Assembly (NCBI GenBank): GCA_963667665.2
Contig: OY763927.2
Coordinates: forward strand, 1,120,001-1,184,000
Direction: 5' to 3'
From: Nitrosopumilus sp.
GTDB taxonomy: Archaea > Thermoproteota > Nitrososphaeria > Nitrososphaerales > Nitrosopumilaceae
DNA: 64,000 nucleotides
The notes beneath the pieces are model-generated. The model was not told where the DNA came from and searched no databases. It worked only from the letters and a program-made list of their open reading frames with translations. The translations under genes and the position numbers were made by a program. Below, piece by piece: positions 57,476 to 64,000 of this stretch; within the stretch, counting starts at the first letter, position 1; each line of letters begins with the position of its first letter.

Positions 57476-57985
57476 TTAGTTCAAGATTCTAAGACTTCGA
57501 CAAACAGAATAAAGTGTTCTTCTCAGGTTTTTATCAATTAAAGACTCCATTCTGTTTTTCAAAACCCGTTTTGCTTCATCTCTTTCAGAACCAAGAGGTA
57601 AGGATAATACTTTATTTAGAAATTCTGATAGAGATTCTCTAATCCAACCATCCAGCATTGCATACACTTGTGGAGGAATAATATCGCATTTGTCTTCATT
57701 AAGATTAACTATATCTGCATAATTTTCATATTCAATTCTATACACTAAAGCCAAAACAACATTATCAGGTGTAGGATGCTCTAATATTTCTCGTGAACGT
57801 TCTCCTGTTTTTCCTTGTTCCACCTTATTTTTTAGGCCAACAGGATTGACTATTACACCATTGACTCCTACTTTTTTGCCATCAATACCTGTAATTACTC
57901 CAAAGATAAAGTCAAAAAAATCACCATTTTTTTTAGTAGCAAAAACATGAGCCCCTTCTTTTAGGGTAAGTTTTTTTCCAAACAT
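57476..57985 (-). CDS. Hypothetical protein
   Basis: 169-aa ORF that fills the gap; AT-rich promoter upstream. Confidence 0.7.
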   Translation of the reverse strand: MFGKKLTLKEGAHVFATKKNGDFFDFIFGVITGIDGKKVGVNGVIVNPVGLKNKVEQGKTGERSREILEHPTPDNVVLALVYRIEYENYADIVNLNEDKCDIIPPQVYAMLDGWIRESLSEFLNKVLSLPLGSERDEAKRVLKNRMESLIDKNLRRTLYSVCRSLRILN

Positions 57986-58063
57986 GAATCAACTGCATTA
58001 TGTAGTGTATTTAATTTATTATTAATCGACAATTCTTAATAATGGATTGGAGCATGCTCAACG

Positions 58064-60733
58064 TTGGATAAAAAAGAGATTCTAAAGGAATTTTCATCAG
58101 ATTCTGACAGATACTACAAAGTCAAGTTGTTTGATGAGCAAGGTTTTGTCAGAAAGGCTTGCTCAAAGTGTGGTAGGTTCTTTTGGACTTTGGATTCTGG
58201 AAGAAATTTTTGTCCTGATGATGCAGATGATACGTATTCGTTCATTGGAGAACCTCCAACAACTAAGAGATTTGATTATACACAAGCATGGAAACAAGTT
58301 GAAGAATTTTTTGTAAAAAATGGTCATACTTCAGTTAGTAGATACCCAGTAGTGTGTAGATGGCGTGATGACTTGTACTTTACAATTGCATCAATTGTTG
58401 ATTTTCAAAGAGTAATGGGTTCAAAAGTAGTTTTTGAGTTTCCTGCAAATCCATTAGTAGTTCCACAAACTTGTTTGCGTTTCAAAGATTTAGAAAATGT
58501 TGGAGTAACAGGTAGACACTTTTCTAGTTTTTGTATGATAGGACAACATAGTATTCCAAATGCAGATGGGTATTGGAAAGACCAATGTGTTGATTTAGAC
58601 TTTAGATTACTAACTGAGCAATTTGGGATAAAGAAAGAAGAAGTTGTTTTTGTAGAAGATGTGTGGGCTGGTGGCGGTTCATTTGGTTCATCATTAGAAT
58701 ATTTTGTGAGAGGGTTGGAACTTGGGAATGCAGTATTTACTGAATTTCAGGGAGAATTAGAAAAGCACACTACGCTAGACCAAAAAATTATAGACATGGG
58801 TGCAGGTCTTGAGAGATTTGCATGGATTACGATGGGAACTCCTACTGCATATGACTGCTGTTTTGGTCCAATAACGAATTATCTCTTTGAGAAAATAGGA
58901 ATTGATTCAGATTCTGAAATGTTAAGAAAATACTTTACAGCAATTGCAAAGAATCTTGAGATATATGATGACTTGATTGATGTAAGAAAACATGCAGTAA
59001 AGAGTGTAGGATTAAGTGAGGACCAAGTAAATAGAATTATCACACCGCTTGAAGGAATGTATCTTATTGCAGATCATCTTCGTACTTTGATCTTTGCAAT
59101 AGCTGATGGTGCTCTACCAAGTAATGTTGGAGGTGGATATAATCTAAGAATGATGATACGAAGAATTAGCGGAACAATTGATAGAATGAATCTCAAGCTA
59201 GACATTGATGAATTAGTGGATATGCATATTGACTATCTCAAAGATACTTACCCAGAACTAGATGAGAAAAGACAAGACGTCAAGACCATCCTAAAAATAG
59301 AATCTCAGAGATATGTTGAATCCAAAGTCCATATGAAGAAGAAAGCTGATAAAATTCGTGAAAAAGGAACACCATCAGTTGGTGAACTAATTACTTTGTA
59401 CGAATCAGATGGAATTACACCTGAATATCTCAAAGAGATAGATGTAATTTCAGAGATTCCCTCATCATTTTATGAAAAATTATCAGATTTGCATCAGTCA
59501 GACAAGAAAAAGACTGCAGAGCAACTATCCATTGAAGACTTGCCTGAAACTGAGATGTTATTTTACAAAGATGATCCTATATCATTTGATGCCAAAGTTC
59601 TCAGAGTAATTGATGATTTGGTAGTACTTGATAGAACCTCATTTTATGCAAGAGGTGGAGGACAAGAACCAGATTATGGCAGTATATCAGGCTCAAAAGT
59701 AGTTGATGTGAACAAACATGGCGGTATAATTTTGCACAAGCTTGATGGTAAAATTCCAAAAGAAGGAGAAACAGTATCATGTATAGTTGATGAAACTCGT
59801 AGATCAAACATTACAAAAAACCATACCAGCACACACATTCTAAATTCATCAGCTAGAGGAGTTTTGGGTTCATGGGTTTGGCAGCATTCTGCATTCAAAG
59901 ATGATGATCATGCCAGACTAGACATTACACATCATTCATCACTAACTGAACAACAAGTACAAGATATAGAGAGATCTGCAAATGAGGTTGTTGCAAAAGA
60001 CATGTCAGTTACAATTGATTACTATGATAGAGGAGCAGCTGAGCAAAAATATGGATTTAAAATATACCAGGGAGGTGTAGTTCCAGTAAAGTCAGTTAGA
60101 ATTGTATCAATTGAGGACTTTGATGTTGAAGCTTGTGGTGGAACACATGTCAAAAAGACAAAAGATATTGAATTAATCAAAATTACAAGAACTAAACGAA
60201 TTCAAGATGGAGTAGTAAGAATAGAGTTTGTCTCAGGACCAACTGCACAAAAATATGTTGAACAACAAAAAGTAAAACAATCAGAACAAGCTGAAGAATC
60301 AGCTCAAAAAGAAATGATAGAAAAACAAAGAGAAGAGCGAAAACAAAAAGATATAGAAAAGATGCGAGTATTATTTAAAGAAATCTCAGAAGGAAAATCA
60401 GGTATTATTGAAGAAATAGAAATGAAAGATAAATGTCGTTTTACATCTAGTAAAAAATATAATGAATTTTTCCATCAAAAATTTGGCGGAGATTTAGTAA
60501 AAATGGATAAAAAAATAGCCTATTGTGGAGTTTATGAAGCAGATAACGCGGTATGGATAATTGTATTTTGTGGAGAACAATCAGGGAAAAATGCAGAAGA
60601 AATTGTTCGTAAAGTCGCAAAAATCTTAGATGGGAAGGGTGGTGGAACTGCCAAATTTGCTAAAGGTGCTGGAAAAGACACATCTAAAAAAGACGAGGCA
60701 ATTAAAAAAGCAAAATCAATGATTTTAGGATGA
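58064..60733 (+). CDS. alaS: Alanine--tRNA ligase
   Basis: VGVTGRH, DMGAGLER, ADHLRT, editing motifs HTSTH and CGGTH, C-terminal GKGGG. Confidence 0.97.
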   Translation: MDKKEILKEFSSDSDRYYKVKLFDEQGFVRKACSKCGRFFWTLDSGRNFCPDDADDTYSFIGEPPTTKRFDYTQAWKQVEEFFVKNGHTSVSRYPVVCRWRDDLYFTIASIVDFQRVMGSKVVFEFPANPLVVPQTCLRFKDLENVGVTGRHFSSFCMIGQHSIPNADGYWKDQCVDLDFRLLTEQFGIKKEEVVFVEDVWAGGGSFGSSLEYFVRGLELGNAVFTEFQGELEKHTTLDQKIIDMGAGLERFAWITMGTPTAYDCCFGPITNYLFEKIGIDSDSEMLRKYFTAIAKNLEIYDDLIDVRKHAVKSVGLSEDQVNRIITPLEGMYLIADHLRTLIFAIADGALPSNVGGGYNLRMMIRRISGTIDRMNLKLDIDELVDMHIDYLKDTYPELDEKRQDVKTILKIESQRYVESKVHMKKKADKIREKGTPSVGELITLYESDGITPEYLKEIDVISEIPSSFYEKLSDLHQSDKKKTAEQLSIEDLPETEMLFYKDDPISFDAKVLRVIDDLVVLDRTSFYARGGGQEPDYGSISGSKVVDVNKHGGIILHKLDGKIPKEGETVSCIVDETRRSNITKNHTSTHILNSSARGVLGSWVWQHSAFKDDDHARLDITHHSSLTEQQVQDIERSANEVVAKDMSVTIDYYDRGAAEQKYGFKIYQGGVVPVKSVRIVSIEDFDVEACGGTHVKKTKDIELIKITRTKRIQDGVVRIEFVSGPTAQKYVEQQKVKQSEQAEESAQKEMIEKQREERKQKDIEKMRVLFKEISEGKSGIIEEIEMKDKCRFTSSKKYNEFFHQKFGGDLVKMDKKIAYCGVYEADNAVWIIVFCGEQSGKNAEEIVRKVAKILDGKGGGTAKFAKGAGKDTSKKDEAIKKAKSMILG

Positions 60734-60737
60734 TATT

Positions 60738-63599
60738 ATGGAAATTAACTGGAATGAATTAGAATCAAAGTGGAGAGAGAGATGGAATGAAACTCGAGAC
60801 TTTGAGACAAATCCAAATGATAAACCAAAAAAATTCATTACAGTAGCATATCCATATCCTAACTCACCTCAACACATTGGACATGGAAGAACTTACACCA
60901 TAGCTGACATTCATGCAAGATTTTATCGAATGAAAGGATACAATGTCTTGTTTCCAATGGGTTTCCATTATACTGGAACACCAATACTCGGCATGGCAAG
61001 AAGAGTAGAATCTAATGATAAGGAGATAATGGATGGTCTTCGTAACATCTATCATGTTCCAGAAGAAGACATCAAAACATTTGTTGAACCAATAAAGATT
61101 GCAGACTATTTCCATGAAGAGATTAAATCTGGAATGATAGAGATGGGTTATTCCATTGATTGGAGAAGAGAGTTCACTACAATAGTTCCAGCGTACCAGA
61201 AATTCATTGAATGGCAGATTAATATTTTGAAAGAGAAGAACTTGATCATCCAAGGGAATCATCCTGTTGGATGGTGTCCACGTGATCAGAATCCAGTATC
61301 ACAACACGATACAATGGGTGATGTAGAGCCAGACTTTACTGAATACATCTTGATTAAATTCAAGTTTGATGATTATATCATACCAACTGCAACACTACGT
61401 CCTGAAACAATTTTTGGTGTGACAAATCTTTGGGTTAATCCTGGAATAATGTATAAAAAAATTACGGTTAATGGTAAGAAATGGATTGTATCTAAAGAAT
61501 GTGCACGCAAGTTAGAATTTTTGGATAAAGAGATTACTTATGATGGTGAGATATCTGGTTCTGATTTGGTTGGAAAAAATGTCACCATTCCACATCTCAA
61601 TAAATCAATTCCAATGATTCAGGCTAGCTTTGTTGAATCAGCCACTGGGACTGGTCTTGTAATGTCAGTGCCAGCTCACGCTCCATTTGACCATCAAGCT
61701 CTAGTTGATTTTAAGAAAGATCAGCCTCTAGGCTCAGAATATCAGCTAATCAAGCCTATTTCAATCATATCTACAGAAGGATATGGAGATTTTTCAGCAA
61801 AAGAGACTTGTGAGAAATTTGAGATAAAGAATCAAGATGATCCAAAGCTGGAAGAAGCTACAGACGAGATTTATGGAAAAGAGTTCTACAGTGGAGTTCT
61901 CAAAGAAAATTGTGAGCAGTTTGCCGGCAAAAAAGTATCTGAAGCTAAAGATACAATCAAAGAATGGTTAGAGGAGAAAAAGTATTCAGATATTTTATTA
62001 GAATTAACAAACGCTCCTGTAAAGTGTCGTTGTGGAACTGAGTGTGTTGTTAAAGTTTTGACAAATCAATGGTTTCTTAATTACGGTGATAAAGACTGGA
62101 AAGATAAAGCTACAAAGTGTTTTGATACAATGGGAATATTACCAAATGAGATAGTTAGTGAGTTTCATTATGTAGTTGGATGGTTACGAGAACGAGCTTG
62201 TGCAAGACAACATGGTTTGGGTACCAAATTACCATGGGATAAAGACTGGATTGTTGAAAGTTTGTCTGATTCTGTAATTTACATGTCATACTATACAATT
62301 GCTAGATTTGTCAATGATGGAACCATTAAAGCTGAGAATTTGTCAAAAGAATTTTTTGATTATGTCTTTTTAGGTGAAGGTTCAGCTGATAAAGTATCTG
62401 GAATTCCAACTGGAACAGTAGAAGAGATAAGAAAAGAGTTTGTATACTTTTATCCAGTTGATTCAAGACATTCAGGTCGAGATTTAGTTCCAAATCACTT
62501 GACATTTTTTGTTTTTAATCACGTAGCTATATTTCCTGAAAATAATTGGCCGCAACAAATTGTTGTTAATGGTTCTGTACTAATGGATGGTAAAAAAATG
62601 TCAAAGAGTATGGGAAATATCATTCCATTACGACAAGCCATACAAGATTATGGTGCTGATCCAATCAGATTGGCAATTATCATATCAGCTGAGCTACTAC
62701 AAGACGCTGACTTTAATTTAGAATCAGTAGGCGGAATCAAAAACAAGCTAGAATCAATTCTTGAGGAATGCCACAAGCTGAAATCTGGTCAAATTAGCAA
62801 TTCTGAGGCTGAAGACAGGTGGATTACAAGTAGATTGCAGAATCTTATTGCAAATGTTACTGGCTCTGTAGAGAAAATGAGGCTACGTGAAGCACTCCAT
62901 GAGATATTATTTGCATTTGAAGGGGATCTACAGTGGTATCTCAAGCGTGCAAAGGCCAAAGGTCGAGATAATTATGATGGAATCTTACACCAAATTCATA
63001 GTACTAGAATAGCAATGCTTTCACCATTTGCACCCCATATAGCTGAAGAGATGTGGCAGAATCTTGGCAATTCTGAAATGGTTTCAAAATCTAGCTGGCC
63101 TACAGTAGATACAAGAGTAATTGATGCTAAAGCTATCCAAGCTGAAGACTTGTTAAAGTCAATCATTAATGATATTGCAAATATTCTCAAAGTTACAAAA
63201 ATTACTCCAAAGAAGATTACAATTTACACAGCTGATTCATTCAAGTCAAAAGCTTATCATACAATTTTAGAAAAAGTGATGGAAGAGCAAACTAACATGG
63301 GAGTAATAATGAAAGAATTAATTGCAAATCCGGAAACAGTTGACATTAAGAAAAATCCGGACTTTGTTCAAAAGACAATCAAGGATATTTTATCAGAACC
63401 AACTGAAATTAGAAAGACCAAGCTAGAAACTATAGATTTTGATGAGAAAAAGTTTGTTTCAGAAGAATTGGTTTCAATTGCAAAGCAAGACTTTGGTGTT
63501 GATGTGTCTGTATTTGCAGAAGATGATGCAAACATCTACGATCCAAAAGGAAAAGCTAGACATGCAAGACCATTCAAGCCAGCAATCCTAATTGAATAA
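60738..63599 (+). CDS. leuS: Leucine--tRNA ligase (archaeal/eukaryotic type)
   Basis: HIGH, KMSKS, ATLRPET, GTGLVMSVPAHAP. Confidence 0.97.
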   Translation: MEINWNELESKWRERWNETRDFETNPNDKPKKFITVAYPYPNSPQHIGHGRTYTIADIHARFYRMKGYNVLFPMGFHYTGTPILGMARRVESNDKEIMDGLRNIYHVPEEDIKTFVEPIKIADYFHEEIKSGMIEMGYSIDWRREFTTIVPAYQKFIEWQINILKEKNLIIQGNHPVGWCPRDQNPVSQHDTMGDVEPDFTEYILIKFKFDDYIIPTATLRPETIFGVTNLWVNPGIMYKKITVNGKKWIVSKECARKLEFLDKEITYDGEISGSDLVGKNVTIPHLNKSIPMIQASFVESATGTGLVMSVPAHAPFDHQALVDFKKDQPLGSEYQLIKPISIISTEGYGDFSAKETCEKFEIKNQDDPKLEEATDEIYGKEFYSGVLKENCEQFAGKKVSEAKDTIKEWLEEKKYSDILLELTNAPVKCRCGTECVVKVLTNQWFLNYGDKDWKDKATKCFDTMGILPNEIVSEFHYVVGWLRERACARQHGLGTKLPWDKDWIVESLSDSVIYMSYYTIARFVNDGTIKAENLSKEFFDYVFLGEGSADKVSGIPTGTVEEIRKEFVYFYPVDSRHSGRDLVPNHLTFFVFNHVAIFPENNWPQQIVVNGSVLMDGKKMSKSMGNIIPLRQAIQDYGADPIRLAIIISAELLQDADFNLESVGGIKNKLESILEECHKLKSGQISNSEAEDRWITSRLQNLIANVTGSVEKMRLREALHEILFAFEGDLQWYLKRAKAKGRDNYDGILHQIHSTRIAMLSPFAPHIAEEMWQNLGNSEMVSKSSWPTVDTRVIDAKAIQAEDLLKSIINDIANILKVTKITPKKITIYTADSFKSKAYHTILEKVMEEQTNMGVIMKELIANPETVDIKKNPDFVQKTIKDILSEPTEIRKTKLETIDFDEKKFVSEELVSIAKQDFGVDVSVFAEDDANIYDPKGKARHARPFKPAILIE

Positions 63600-63768
63600 A
63601 AAAACCGCACAGGTATGCAATAAACATGAGGGGAATATGGCATATGTACGGTATGCTACTAAATGATTATCAAAATTTCTAAAATGGATCATCTACTTTG
63701 TAATACCATTTGGTGAGATCAATTTGTCAAAAGCAAATTAGCGATCATATTATTTCATGTCGTAAACT

Positions 63769-63984
63769 TTATTTTTTCTCTTTTTTCAAGATATCAATAA
63801 TTTCAGTATTAGTCTTTATCCATGTTTTAAGATATGCAAAAAACAGATTCTCCAAATCATCAATTAATCCTTCAAGTCTAGGATCTAAGCGTATATCTGC
63901 AAGTTGTTCATCGAGATTTTCTAGAATCACAGCTAATCCTTGGTTAGAAATTTCTAACTTTTTAATTGCGTCTTCAACGGTCAC
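63769..63984 (-). CDS. Small hypothetical protein
   Basis: 71-aa helical ORF with GTG start near the window edge. Confidence 0.55.
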   Translation of the reverse strand: MTVEDAIKKLEISNQGLAVILENLDEQLADIRLDPRLEGLIDDLENLFFAYLKTWIKTNTEIIDILKKEKK

Positions 63985-64000
63985 AAAAATTATAATATAT

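Noticed and set aside
60270-60733. Lys-rich, divergent-looking C-terminal domain of AlaRS as a possible recombined segment
   Set aside because: The frame and GKGGG motif are intact, and C-Ala domains are naturally variable; cannot be supported without an alignment
63600-63768. Intergenic stretch after leuS with GGTATGC twice, as a possible ncRNA
   Set aside because: No convincing stem-loop, box C/D motifs or ORF found by eye

Overview
AT-rich archaeal DNA whose gene content and order match an ammonia-oxidising archaeon of the Nitrosopumilus type (Nitrososphaerota); this assignment is inferred from recognisable proteins, not from a search. Most of the window is housekeeping: the exosome/SBDS/prefoldin cluster, rpo3-L18e-L13-S9, two aconitase-family dehydratase pairs, cofE, 2-oxoacid:ferredoxin oxidoreductase, cbf5-cmk-adk-secY-ribosomal proteins, ftsY, sod, pckA, secE-spt5-L11, L1-P0, alaS and leuS. 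There are two accessory regions. (1) A ~9.5 kb block (47.6-57.1 kb) between ribosomal P0 and P1/L12 carries lipA, a complete glycine cleavage system, a split lipoate ligase and lpdA. It ends in an unexplained pair: a Mer-like LLM oxidoreductase and a type III PKS/FabH-like condensing enzyme with an intact Cys-His-Asn triad. This pair is the best candidate for an undescribed system, possibly an ACP-independent acyl supply for lipoate. (2) A ~2 kb islet at the 3' end of an intron-containing tRNA-Ser(GGA) carries a fatty-acid-desaturase-family gene, a truncated cyclase/membrane-domain chimera and a 31-aa C2H2 zinc-finger ORF. Reading the DNA directly also gave features missing from the ORF track: secE, an 8-Cys peptide ending in Gly-Gly, a probable CTG start for pckA, and a decayed C-terminal tail of ftsY. 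No rRNA, CRISPR array, integrase or transposase was seen. Functional calls rest on motif recognition only.
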